NCBI GenBank assembly: GCA_027493445.1
Contig: JAOSKU010000001.1
Span: 1,803,936-1,867,935 of the forward strand
Length of the DNA: 64,000 nucleotides
Direction of reading: 5' to 3'
Source: Thermoleophilia bacterium
GTDB lineage: Bacteria; Actinomycetota; Thermoleophilia; RBG-16-64-13
Both the position numbers and the translations under genes were made by a program. Positions 41,319 through 50,971 of the stretch are shown one piece after another. How positions within the stretch are numbered: the first letter of the stretch is position 1; the number at the start of each line of letters is the position of its first letter. The notes beneath the pieces are model-generated. The model was not told the origin of the DNA and ran no database searches. It saw nothing but the letters and a program-made list of their open reading frames with translations.

Positions 41319-41666
41319 TCAGCGGTCTGCGCGCTGTCTCCTGAGAGCGGCGGCGACTCCAAAGGCGTGGAAGTAGCCGTGCCAGCTACGGGCGGTCGAA
41401 CCGAACCGGTTCTCCCCCAGGAAATAGTCGAGGAGGACCTCCCTGAGGCGGGTCAACTCCTTCAGGCGATGCCGATGCCGCGGATCTCCGATCGTCAGCT
41501 CGAGGAGCTCCAGCGCCCGCTCGAGTGCTTTCTGGCTGTAATCGGGGTTGCATTTCGCCGCCCAATTGAGCGCCCGCTCGACTTCGCTCCCCACGTTGGC
41601 CAACTGCTCGAGGAGGGTGAAGTCCCGCCACCGGCCAGCGGCCAACTCTGGATGCTGTACGCTCAT
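41319..41666 (-). CDS. Conserved hypothetical helical protein, partner of the DUF5674-like gene
   Basis: QHPELAAGRW..LLEQLANVGSEVERA..ALERALELLELTIGDP..LKELTRLRE; ATGA coupling. Confidence 0.75.
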   Translation of the reverse strand: MSVQHPELAAGRWRDFTLLEQLANVGSEVERALNWAAKCNPDYSQKALERALELLELTIGDPRHRHRLKELTRLREVLLDYFLGENRFGSTARSWHGYFHAFGVAAALRRQRADR

Positions 41667-42004
41667 GGTTCGAGCAGGGCTTCCACGATAGCGAGGACCC
41701 GGTCCCGGAGCACGGGATCGTCAACCCCGCGCGAACGGTTCCCCTGCGACGGGCGGATGTTGATCATGGAATCGAACTCGACGCGATCCGGGCCCGACAG
41801 CTCTGGATAGATGTTGATGCCCCAGAGGTCTTTCTGGGCGGACCCGTGTTCCAGGAGCAATGCTTCTTCGTCGGCGTGGAGCTCCCCGTCGACCGCCATA
41901 ACGCCGCGCTCCACATCGACGACGGCTTTGACGAGATCTCCAAACCCTGCCTGGGCCATGATCTCCAGGTCCGTGGTGGGGATGGGGTTGTCGATGATCT
42001 TCAC
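41663..42004 (-). CDS. DUF5674-like protein
   Basis: VKAVVD, ELHADEE, LWGINIYP and EFDSMINIRPSQGNRS motifs (family recalled, not searched); TGcTATATT 6 nt before GTG. Confidence 0.78.
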   Translation of the reverse strand: MKIIDNPIPTTDLEIMAQAGFGDLVKAVVDVERGVMAVDGELHADEEALLLEHGSAQKDLWGINIYPELSGPDRVEFDSMINIRPSQGNRSRGVDDPVLRDRVLAIVEALLEP

Positions 42005-42029
42005 GGCCCGAATATAGCAGGCATGGCTA

Positions 42030-42265
42030 CCTGGCGCTGGGTCGAGTGGCGGTCGAGAGGCAGCCGGCCAGATCGATGAACCGAGCCTTGCCCACGGTGG
42101 TCAGTTGATCACCCATGGCCTTGGCGGGCTTCCCTCTCAGCGTGACCAGAGCCTCGCTGGGATAAACAGGCTCCATGTTGCTCGTGAGCGGCACCACCTG
42201 CACCCGGTTCAGGTGCCGGTTCGAGGCGTCGTTGCTGATGATGAGCGCCGGGCGTTCTTTGCGAA
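42030..42265 (-). pseudogene. PemK/MazF toxin remnant
   Basis: RKERPALIISNDASN, VVPLTS and KAMGDQLTTV, with no N-terminus. Confidence 0.75.
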
Positions 42266-42302
42266 CGTTTGCGCCGTACGAGCATCTGGTATCATGTACG
42301 GC

Positions 42303-42539
42303 ATGGACGAGACGAAGCTTACGGTACGTATCCCGCGGGAAACGCTCGACGAAGCCAAGCGCTACGCTCGCGAGCACGACACCACGGTGAGCCGGTTGGT
42401 CATCACGCATCTCGAGCACTTGCGCCGAGACGACGACGCGCTCGCCGACGCACCCATCACGCGACGGCTGGTCGGTGCGCTCGCTCCCGAAGCCTCCATC
42501 CAGGAGTACCGGGACTACCTCGAGCGCAAGTATGCCTAG
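42303..42539 (+). CDS. DUF6364-like RHH antitoxin
   Basis: TKLTVRI..LDEAKRYA..TVSRLV..PITRRLVG..YRDYLERKY. Confidence 0.8.
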   Translation: MDETKLTVRIPRETLDEAKRYAREHDTTVSRLVITHLEHLRRDDDALADAPITRRLVGALAPEASIQEYRDYLERKYA

Positions 42540-43023
42540 GAGGCCCCGGGTCCTGCTCGATGTCAACGTGGTCCTCGACGTGCTCCAACGTCGCGAGCCC
42601 TTATTCGAGGATTCCGCCTCCCTCATGGCCGCCGTGGAATCGGGCCGCTGCGAGGGTCTGATGGCCGCGCACACCGTCACCACCCTGTTCTACCTAGTGA
42701 CCAAGCACGCCTCCGCTGCAGTTGCGCGCGTCCAGGTCGTCGAGTTGCTCCGACTGCTCAAGGTGGCCCCCGTGGATCAAGGGGTGCTGGAAGAGGCGCT
42801 GGCTCTCCCGTACGGCGATCTCGAAGACAGCGTGCAGATGGCAGCCGCCGAGCGCGCCGGTGCGGAATACTTGGTGACGCGCGACCGAGCGGGCTATGCC
42901 GCCGGTCCCCTCCCCACCCTCACGCCCGGTGAGCTCCTAGGGCCTGGTGGGCGAGGTCTAGCTACCACACGGCGGAGAAGAAGGATGCGATTTCGCAGCC
43001 GGAGCCACGTAAGCGCCCCCTAG
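42532..43023 (+). CDS. PIN-domain toxin (C-terminus probably read-through after ~42940)
   Basis: VLLDVNVVLD, DLEDSVQ, LVTRD and TPGEL motifs. Confidence 0.82.
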   Translation: MPRRPRVLLDVNVVLDVLQRREPLFEDSASLMAAVESGRCEGLMAAHTVTTLFYLVTKHASAAVARVQVVELLRLLKVAPVDQGVLEEALALPYGDLEDSVQMAAAERAGAEYLVTRDRAGYAAGPLPTLTPGELLGPGGRGLATTRRRRRMRFRSRSHVSAP

Positions 43024-43076
43024 ACCACCCTCCTTTGCCCCACCGCCGCCACACGGGGGCGGAGGCCGCCGTTGAG

Positions 43077-43472
43077 CTACGCGAGCGGTACCAGGGCGAG
43101 GTCGGTTTGAGCGAAATCCCCTCCCAGGCAGAGCAAAGGCTGGCCGGCCAGCTTGGCCACGGCGTAACTCATGCAGTCCCCGTAGTTCAAGGCCGCGGGA
43201 TGTCGGCCCTTGCCGAAGCGCAAGAAGGCCTCCGTCGCTTCGTCCCAATGGGCGGCGGCGAAAGGCAAGACTGCGATCTCGTACTCCTGAAGGAATCGAG
43301 CCAGCTTGGGACGCGCATCGCGATCGAGGCGGGCCGACAAGACGAGCGTGGCCTCAGTCAACGTGGGCGCCCCCACAGCCAGGGACTCATCGCCTTCAAG
43401 ACGGTCCACTACGGCTTGGAAGCCCGGCTCACGCAGGACAACGGCCACCATGGCCGAGGTGTCGAGGATCAT
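43077..43472 (-). CDS. vapC: VapC toxin, paralogue of 18022-18417
   Basis: MILDTSA and GRHPAALNYGDC motifs. Confidence 0.92.
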   Translation of the reverse strand: MILDTSAMVAVVLREPGFQAVVDRLEGDESLAVGAPTLTEATLVLSARLDRDARPKLARFLQEYEIAVLPFAAAHWDEATEAFLRFGKGRHPAALNYGDCMSYAVAKLAGQPLLCLGGDFAQTDLALVPLA

Positions 43473-43741
43473 ACGCCGTGGGGGCCGTAGCCCAAGATCT
43501 CGTCGTCGAGCTCTTCGTCGTGCGGCTTATCCAACAGCTCAGCGGGGATGTCCACCCAGATCTCTCGCTCCAGAAAGCGCCGCCGCTGGGCCGTGCGCGC
43601 GACGCGAGACACGCGCAGCGTGAGTCTGTCTCGTTTCTCCTCGAGCGCCTGCCGTACGGCTTGGGTCTTGTTCTGGCCGCTCAACCGCGCGACTTCTTCA
43701 GCCAAGCGCTCGACCTCCAGGTTCTTGATCGTCAACGCCAT
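43469..43741 (-). CDS. vapB: VapB antitoxin, paralogue of 18414-18686
   Basis: MALTIKNLEVERLAEE. Confidence 0.9.
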   Translation of the reverse strand: MALTIKNLEVERLAEEVARLSGQNKTQAVRQALEEKRDRLTLRVSRVARTAQRRRFLEREIWVDIPAELLDKPHDEELDDEILGYGPHGV

Positions 43742-43999
43742 GATCCCTCCGCTACCCGCGTATCACCTGATGCCCATGATACCAGAATACTGAACGAATA
43801 CACCAAGCAGTAATACCGTCGCGATCCGGGGCACGATCATTGCGTGAGCAGGACCACCTCACGTCCTTCCAAGTCCGTATCCTCCTTGTGAGACGCATGG
43901 GCCCGCCGACCTCGGACCGAGGTCGCGCAGAAGCCCGCGTGGCCTTGCTCCACTATCGCGACGCGGGTCGGACGGACGGCCAGGCACTCGGCCTCGTCC

Positions 44000-44112
44000 A
44001 GGCCCCGGGTCCAGCTCGATGTCAAGGTCGTCCTCGACGTGCTCCAGCGTCGAGAGCCCTTTTTCGAGGACCGCGCCTCCGTAATGGCCGCCGTGCAATC
44101 GGGAGGCTGCGT
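44000..44112 (+). pseudogene. Fragment duplicating the 5' end of PIN gene 42532
   Basis: ggccccgggtcc..ctcgatgtcaa..gtcctcgacgtgctcca. Confidence 0.7.
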
Positions 44113-44119
44113 ACCGGGA

Positions 44120-44600
44120 TCTTCGGCCATGCGGACGAGGAGATTGTGAAGTACCTGAGCCACCTCCCCCCGGGGCATGCTCGACCAGGGGCTCAGATCG
44201 GCCAGCGGGGTCCCCTCCAACAGATCGTTGTACTCAGCCATGCGGGCATTTGGGCCCGTGGATCGCGTCGAAGCTCGTGCCCCAAGTACCCTGGTAGCTC
44301 TCCGGAGGGAGTAGGAGAGTTACGGCGAGTAGATTCTGAGCCGCCCGCACCACCATGGTGATGACTTGAGCTCGCGAGATCTCGTCTGCGGGAGCGAACA
44401 CACCTGGCCCATCGGTGAGCCCGTGGGCAAACGCCACCGCGATATAGCCTACCGGGTAGGGGTACGCCCTCCAGACGGGAATCTGCGGCCGGAAGGTGCC
44501 GTCGACGTAGCCGTTGATAATGCCGCGAGCGGAGAGGTCGCCGATGGCGGAGCCGTACTCGGGGCCGGAGACATCGGTGAAGACGAGCGCCGGTACCGTC
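44120..44600 (-). pseudogene. S-layer homology (SLH) domain protein remnant
   Basis: FTDV..GIINGYVDGTFRP, ISRAQV and PRGEVAQVLHNL in broken frames. Confidence 0.75.
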
Positions 44601-44804
44601 AGCCGGCAAGCAATGACGCCGTGCACCCCAGAACCATCATCCACCGCTTCGCCTCTGCCTGCTTGGTGGTATCGAACGCGCACCCTCGGCGCGGGCTCCC
44701 ACTATCGCTCAGCGCCGCGCATCGAACGCGGTTAGGAGACTCGCGCCTGGGACGATCCTGGCCACCACGTGACGCTCATCCTCCCATTGCGTACGGGCCC
44801 GCCT

Positions 44805-45140
44805 CCCATCATCAGACTGAGGAACGAGCTCGAAGGCGAGGAGTTCGAGTACGCAGCGCTCCTGAGCGCTCTCGAGGACTACGCCTACCCCGGGACAAGG
44901 TAACAGCCATGCTCCGGCGGGGCGACATCGTGCGCCTACAAATCACGCAAGGTGCGCCTCCTCGCCGCCGTCGTACGCTTGCTCGGGGGATCAGCAGAGG
45001 CCACGCGGGGGGCGTCGTGGACGAGGCTTTCAGGCGCATGCTCGACCGGTACGAGCTCCGGCGGACAGAGGACTACACCCGGGCCCGGGGACGAGAGGGC
45101 GGTGGCAGACCTCGACGTCGAATCTACCGCGCTGGTCCTG
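44805..45140 (+). pseudogene. Remnant of another AbiEi/AbiEii-like pair (both N-termini)
   Basis: EEFEYAALLSALEDYAYP-RDKVTAMLRRGDIVRL, then EAFRRMLDRYELRRTEDYTRA. Confidence 0.55.
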
Positions 45141-45153
45141 GGTTGAACATACA

Positions 45154-45216
45154 AGGACAACGCATGGCGCCGCCCAGTGCGCTCCGGCGGCCGAGGTTTC
45201 TTTTCCGACAGCCTCC
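45154..45216 (+). mobile_element. Partial MITE (right part)
   Basis: Nearly identical to 55291-55353. Confidence 0.75.
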
Positions 45217-45278
45217 GAGGTAAGACATCATAGCTCGTCGCTCACGAGCAGGCACGAAGGCGCGAGGCCTTGATCGTC

Positions 45279-46421
45279 CTAGACCAAGCGCCGCAGCAAC
45301 CCTTCCAAATCTACGACGGTGGCTTCGGTGGTGCCTCCTAGGCCCACCTTGTACTCTCGGCTCAGCACCGGAACCACCACCACCGCCTCCGCTTCCGAGT
45401 AGGCGCGTTTGAGCGCGGCGAGCCCGCTCACATCCCGAAGGGACGCTTCAGACCAGGTGCATTCGACGGCCAGTAGACCGCGCCCCCGGCGCATGACCAC
45501 GAAATCCACTTCCTGCCCGTGCTTCGTCCGCCAGTATCGCGGTTTTACCAAGGGAGCGCGGGCATGGATCTCGTTCAAGACGTAGTGCTCCCAGAAGCAG
45601 CCATAGTCTTCCGGTCGCGGCGAGGCCAGGCCCCGGGCGTGACGAACAAAGCCGGTATCAAGCGCATAGACCTTGGGGGCCTTGACAATCTCCGAGGCCC
45701 GACGGGTGGAGAAGGGAGCAAGGACATGGGCCACCCTCGTTTCCTGGAGCACCTGCAGGTAGTTCGAGATCGTGGGACGGCTCGCCTCGCAGGGACCGGT
45801 GTAAGTCGTCGCCTCAAAGATTCCTCCGCTGTTCAGCAGCAGCATCTCCGTGAAGCGCCGAAACGAACTGCGCCGCTCAATGCGGAAGAGCTCCTGGATA
45901 TCTCGAGCCCAGAACGCATCGAGCCATTCCTCGAACTCTGCCGCGGCGCTATCTGTCCCCCCGAGAAAGAAGGGGGGAACCCCGCCGTTCCAGAGGCGGG
46001 TCTCCAGACTTCCGCCGAACTCCTCAAGATCACGGGACATCATGGGCGTCAACCACACCGCTACTTTGCGCCCCGCGAGGGTATCCGAGAATTTGGCCGT
46101 AGCGGCCAGGGTCGAGGAGCCGGTCGCCACCACCTTGACATAAGGGTAGTGATCCGCTGCGATCTTGAGCACCTCGGAGGGACGGGGCAGCCGGTGGATC
46201 TCGTCAAGCACAATACGCTTGCCCCGAAGACCCGCCAGAAACCGCTCGGGCTCAGCCAACTGCCGCCGCACAGTGGGCAGCTCACAGTCGAAATACTCGG
46301 CAGAATCCAAACTCTGACAGAGAGTCGTCTTGCCGATGCGGCGGACGCCAAACAGCCACACCACCGAACGCCGCCGCCACCCTTCTTCGATTCGTTCTAT
46401 CCAGAAGCTTCTTTGAACCAT
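45279..46421 (-). CDS. AAA_14 + DUF4143 ATP-binding protein
   Basis: GVRRIGKTT, VLDEIH, ATGSS, KAPKVYALDTG and YWRTKHGQEVDF motifs. Confidence 0.9.
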   Translation of the reverse strand: MVQRSFWIERIEEGWRRRSVVWLFGVRRIGKTTLCQSLDSAEYFDCELPTVRRQLAEPERFLAGLRGKRIVLDEIHRLPRPSEVLKIAADHYPYVKVVATGSSTLAATAKFSDTLAGRKVAVWLTPMMSRDLEEFGGSLETRLWNGGVPPFFLGGTDSAAAEFEEWLDAFWARDIQELFRIERRSSFRRFTEMLLLNSGGIFEATTYTGPCEASRPTISNYLQVLQETRVAHVLAPFSTRRASEIVKAPKVYALDTGFVRHARGLASPRPEDYGCFWEHYVLNEIHARAPLVKPRYWRTKHGQEVDFVVMRRGRGLLAVECTWSEASLRDVSGLAALKRAYSEAEAVVVVPVLSREYKVGLGGTTEATVVDLEGLLRRLV

Positions 46422-46745
46422 GCGCAGCTAGTATTGCATATGGTCGAACCAAAGGCAACTAGACCTGCATATGGTTCCGCTCAAGGAGCCGAACTGTTGC
46501 CCCCTCTACACTCCAGGTCGGAAGGAAGTCTTGACCAGCCCCAGACGCGTCTATGCTCGAAAACGGCGGTCCAGGGTGAAAAGGGCCAGGCCGTATTCGA
46601 GAGCCCTGCCCGCCACTTCGTTCTGCTCGAACAACCTTGCTGCCGTCCGCCCGTGGCGAAGGAAGGAGCGAAGACAGTCGCCTTGAAGTCCTTGCGGGAG
46701 GCGGTGGCGACGGCCCACGCTCGATGGCGGCCCCTATGCCGCCGG

Positions 46746-47156
46746 CTACTCCGGCAGCAGTCTGAACGGGCGCCCGTCACTCATCCGTATGGCGCCGAAG
46801 TGGCGCCGGTCCAGGGTCACGATGCGGTCCGTGCCCAGCCGCTCGGCGAGCACCGCGACGGAGGCGTCCGTGCCGCCAATGGGAAAGTCGGCATAGCGCT
46901 GGACCAGTCCGGCGATGGCCGGCCAGTCGTCTGAACTTGGCGCCTCGACTTCCACCGCGGCGAGGCCGCGGAGGAACGCGGCTTCAGCGGCCGTCCCGAG
47001 GCGGCGGCCAACCAGATACGTCACTTCGGCGACAACGAGGGCCGGTACGACAAGCTCGAGATCGGCGCGCTGGAGCACTTCGAGACAGCGCAGGTGATCG
47101 TCGTCGTCGGCATCAGCCGCTGCGTAGAGCGGGCCGGAGTCAATGATCGCGATCAA
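46746..47156 (-). CDS. vapC: VapC PIN toxin
   Basis: IIDSGPLYA, VVAEVTY, GGTDASV and TLDRRHF motifs; TTG start. Confidence 0.88.
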   Translation of the reverse strand: MIAIIDSGPLYAAADADDDDHLRCLEVLQRADLELVVPALVVAEVTYLVGRRLGTAAEAAFLRGLAAVEVEAPSSDDWPAIAGLVQRYADFPIGGTDASVAVLAERLGTDRIVTLDRRHFGAIRMSDGRPFRLLPE

Positions 47157-47373
47157 GGCCCCACTCGGTTTCGAGGATCTTCTCCAGGTCGCGGGCTGTG
47201 GACCGGTGGCCGCTGCGGCCGAGCGCGGCAAAGGGAAGCTCCCTGGGCTCTGCGGACCCGCGCCCCTCGATGGCCTCGCGGGCTATCTGCGAGATCGGAA
47301 CTCCGCGTCGCCGCGCCTCACGCTTGAGGGCGGCGGCGACGTTGTCGGGCAGGCTGATGGTTATGCGCCTCAT
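47140..47373 (-). CDS. CopG/RHH antitoxin
   Basis: MRRITISLPDNVAAALKREARRRG; TGcTATTAT 6 nt upstream. Confidence 0.85.
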   Translation of the reverse strand: MRRITISLPDNVAAALKREARRRGVPISQIAREAIEGRGSAEPRELPFAALGRSGHRSTARDLEKILETEWGLDRDH

Positions 47374-47509
47374 ACATGCATAATAGCATACGTGGCGGCA
47401 TGCGCGGCCCAGGGGAACCATACGCCCCCATGTCGGGGAACAAAACGAGCGACCTTGCCTTGCCGACCACAGTATCCAGCCAGGCGGTCGCCGCGGCCGG
47501 ACGGTCAGC

Positions 47510-48312
47510 GGCGGCCGTACCTCGGTGACAGCGGGCACCATCTTTGACCGAACGCGCACACCGCTCACGGTATGGTTCACCGCCTGCTGGCTTCTCGCCA
47601 CCGGCAAGGACGGCATCTCGGCGCTCAGCCTGAAACGAGCCCTGGAGATGGGCTCCTACCAGACCGCCTGGGCTATGCTGCATCGGCTGCGCTCGGTGCT
47701 GGTGCGCCCGGGCCGGGACCGGCTGGCCGGGGTGGTGGAGGTAGATGAGACCTACATCGGCGGTGAGGAGCCGGGGCTGCCCGGATGGGGCCGCTCCCCG
47801 ATGCCTCGGCCGCCTCGCTGCACGCCTTCGTGCAAGCGCACGTCAACCCGGCGCCAAGGTCATCACCGACGGCTGGCAGTGCTACCGCGGGCTGGAGAAG
47901 CTCGGCTACGCCCACGAGCGCCGCAGCCAACGCGCCGCCCGGGTCGGCGGGAAGGACCCCGGCGATCTGCTGCCCGCTTCACACCGGGTCGCCTCGCCGG
48001 CCAAGCGCTGGCTGCTGGGCACCCATCAGGGCTCGGTGAACAACGCCCACTTGGCCAGCTACTTAAACGAGTTCGTGTTCCGCTTCAACCGCCGGAGCTC
48101 GCGCAGCCGCGGGATGCTGTTCTACCGGGTGCTCGATCTCGCCGTGGCCCACGACCCGGTGCGCTACCAGGACCTCATCGCCGGAGCGCAGCCCCGGGCA
48201 GTACCGCCCCCGCCACCCCAGGCGCGCGGGCATCCCCGAGCTTGGAGCGCCCTCCAGCGAACCGCCCGTGGAGAACTGCCGATCTCGATTCCTCCGGTTA
48301 AATGGATACCCC
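47510..48312 (+). mobile_element. IS1595-family remnant (5'-truncated, internally deleted transposase)
   Basis: TAGTIF, GSYQTAW, VEVDETYIGG, ITDGW and YLNEFVFRFNRR motifs; probable right end taaatggatacccc. Confidence 0.85.
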
Positions 48313-48357
48313 CTCAGTGCGGAAAACGGGGCTAGCGGCCGTAGGCGCAGGTGCGGC

Positions 48358-48822
48358 CTATGATGTATCGATGGACGACTTGTAAGGCAGCGCCTCCATC
48401 GGGAGGAGCCCGGTCAAGGCATCGAATTCGGGGTCGTTGTGGATCAATACCGCATCTCTCCGGAGGGCGAACGCGGCGATGATGGCATCGGCCAGGGAGA
48501 TACGATGTTCAGCCTTCAGCCGGGCGGCGGTCAGCACAGTCGATTCGTCTATATCCCACAGGATCTTGACGTTCAGTTGCTTGATCAAAGCAAAGCGGCG
48601 ATCTGCCTCCGCCACACCTTCTTCCTGCAGGGTAATGTAGTGTGTTTCCAGGAGAACCGGCCAGGGCAGGAGCGTCGTTGCCTGCTTCAGCGCCTGTTCG
48701 ACGCGGTCCGCACCTGCTTCGTCCTCGATGAACGCCAAGAGCGCCGATGTGTCAACCAGATAGGGGTTGGATCCGGTCTCGACAGTCGCGGCCATTCCGC
48801 TTGGCTCAGGGTTGCGTTTCAC
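48358..48822 (-). CDS. vapC: PIN toxin, paralogue of 19183-19647
   Basis: Near-identical protein (YLVDTSALLA, ISLADA). Confidence 0.88.
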   Translation of the reverse strand: MKRNPEPSGMAATVETGSNPYLVDTSALLAFIEDEAGADRVEQALKQATTLLPWPVLLETHYITLQEEGVAEADRRFALIKQLNVKILWDIDESTVLTAARLKAEHRISLADAIIAAFALRRDAVLIHNDPEFDALTGLLPMEALPYKSSIDTS

Positions 48823-49042
48823 GATCGCGGTCGTATTGCCGTTCCGCCAGAAGGCGCTCGGTCAGTTTCTTGCCTCGACCCCGCCCGCGCAGGGCCTTCA
48901 GCGGATCGTCCGACACGGGGACGACCCTGATCGTTTCCCCGTCGTCCAGCCACACCAGATGCACTCCGCTATCAATGTGGTAGCGCTTCCGAATAGCGGC
49001 CGGAACGACGGTCTGCCCGCGTTTTGTCACAGCTGTCTGCAT
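48806..49042 (-). CDS. AbrB antitoxin, paralogue of 19631-19867
   Basis: MQTAVTKRGQTVVP. Confidence 0.88.
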   Translation of the reverse strand: MQTAVTKRGQTVVPAAIRKRYHIDSGVHLVWLDDGETIRVVPVSDDPLKALRGRGRGKKLTERLLAERQYDRDRETQP

Positions 49043-49243
49043 GATTGACCTCCCCAAACTAGATTTTACAAGTCGATCATCGGCAACGCAAGTCTCGCTT
49101 TCCGCGGACAAGGAGCGCCTCAGCGTCACTTGGAAGAGCGCGCAATAACGGGCGCTGTGCCACGGGTTCCAGGGTGTGGTGAATGCGTAATGCGACCGGC
49201 TTCGCGCAGCCCGCGGGTGCGGCGGGCGACCTCACAGGGGGTC

Positions 49244-49445
49244 TCAGTCGAGGCGGACGACCTCAAGGACCAAGCTCGGGGCAGCTACGGCCATGACCCG
49301 GTCGGCAGTGGCCAGCACCGGGGCTCCGATGGCACGGACCATGGCCAGGTGGAGAGCGTTCAGGCTGCGCAAGGTCGAGCGCAGGTCGGGGTGTGACGGC
49401 ATGGACCGCACCCTCTCGAAGGGGACCACCCGGGCTATGGGGCGA
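49244..49445 (-). pseudogene. Internally deleted copy of the Phd-VapC pair at 34535-35247
   Basis: PIARVVPFERVRSMPSHPDLRST fused in frame to LRSLNALHLA...VVRLD. Confidence 0.78.
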
Positions 49446-49552
49446 CGTGGGGATGCGCTCGGTTCACTGCGAAGCTGTAGCGAGCAGCCTGGTACTCCGC
49501 CTCTGCCGAGGCCATAGCTTCGGCGGATTTCTCGAGCCAGTATCTGATGACG

Positions 49553-50971
49553 GGTCAAGTCCCGTAATGTGGTGTAGCAGCCCGGCAGCCGAGACCTGAG
49601 TAGCAAATCGGCCACTGGGCGTCCTAGAATCGTCGAGGGTTCCGCCAAGAACATCGACGAGAGGAGCATCACAGTGGCCGACCAGTACAGCATGACGCCT
49701 GCCGAAGCCGCGGGCAAGGTCCTTGCATCCGAGCATGGCGACTTCCTGAGAGAAGCCGTGCATTGCGTGCTCAGGGAGATCATGGAGGGCGCGGTGAGCG
49801 CGGTCACAGGCGCGAGCTTCGGCGAACGTTCCCCCGAGCGGGCCGTCCAGCGCAACGGCTACCGGCCCCGGGGGTTCGACACCCGCGTGGGCACCATCGA
49901 GCTCGCCATCCCCCGTCTCAGGCGGGGCAGCTACTTCCCGAGCTTCCTCGAGCCGAGACGCCGAAGCGAACAGGCCCTTGTCGCGGTGGTGGCCGAAGCC
50001 TACGTCAACGGGGTCTCGACGCGCAAGGTGGAGCGCCTGGTGGAGCAGCTCGGCATCGAGTCTATGAGCCGCTCCACCGTCTCCCGGCTCTGCACGGTGC
50101 TCGATGAGCAGGTCAGGCTCTTCCGGGAGCGCCCCTGGAGGGCCGCTACCCCTACCTGTGGCTCGACGCCCGCATCGAGCGGGTGCGTGAGGAGGGGGTG
50201 TCCGCCAGAAGGCCCTCATCGTCGCCTACGGCGTCCACGAGACCGGGCGCAGAGAGGTTCTTGGCACCGACGTGGGCCAGGCGGAGAGCGAGGCCTTCTG
50301 GCGAGACTTCCTGCGTTACCTCGTGGCCCGGGGTCTCACGGGCGTCTTGCTCTGCGTCTCTGATGCCCACCCCGGCCTGAAGAAGGCCATCGCTCAGGTG
50401 CTCGGCTGCCCCTGGCAACGCTGCACCGTCCACTTCCTCCGGGACATGAAGGGGCATGTGGGGCGCTCGCAGCAGCAGATGGTCGCGGCGGCAGTGCGTC
50501 AGGTCTTCCAGGCCGAGGGTCTGGCCCAGGCCCGTCTCGTTCTCGGCGAGGTGGTCGCTCGGCTCGAGGGGCCGGCTCTCAAGGTGGCCCGTCTGCTCGA
50601 GGACGCAGAAGACGACCTCCTTGCCTTCCTTGACTTCCCGCGCGAGCACTGGTCCAAGCTGCGCTCGACCAACCCGCTCGAGCGCATCAACCGGGAGATC
50701 GGCAGACGAAGCGACGTGGTCGGCATCTACCCGAACGACCAGAGCCTCCTCCGGCTCACCGGGGCCCTCCTTTGCGAGCAAAACGACGAGTGGCTCGTCT
50801 CCCGCCGGTACCTCTCGGTCGAGTCCCTGGCGAAGCTCTACCACGACGACACCATCGACGCCGACGAGATCACCCTGTCCATCCATCCTGCACGGAAGGA
50901 GGTGGCCCCGGCGGCGTAGCCGGGAGTCCGTAGCGACGATCGGGAGCTACACCACAAAGTGGGACTTGACC
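49553..50971 (+). mobile_element. IS256-family insertion sequence
   Basis: IRs ggtcaagtccc..tgtggtgtagc / gctacaccaca..gggacttgacc; 8-bp TSD tgatgacg at 49545-49552 and 50972-50979. Confidence 0.92.
49674..50919 (+). CDS. IS256 (Mutator) transposase, frameshifts at ~50135 and ~50200
   Basis: RNGYR, IPRLR, GVSTRKV, WLDA, VSDAHPG, WQRCTVHF and STNPLERIN motifs. Confidence 0.9.

Noticed and set aside
45519-46934. 471-aa plus-strand ORF and similar long antisense ORFs (e.g. 2308..3246, 13487..14320, 50152..50886)
   Set aside because: These are shadows of well-supported opposite-strand genes in high-GC DNA and have no motifs of their own.
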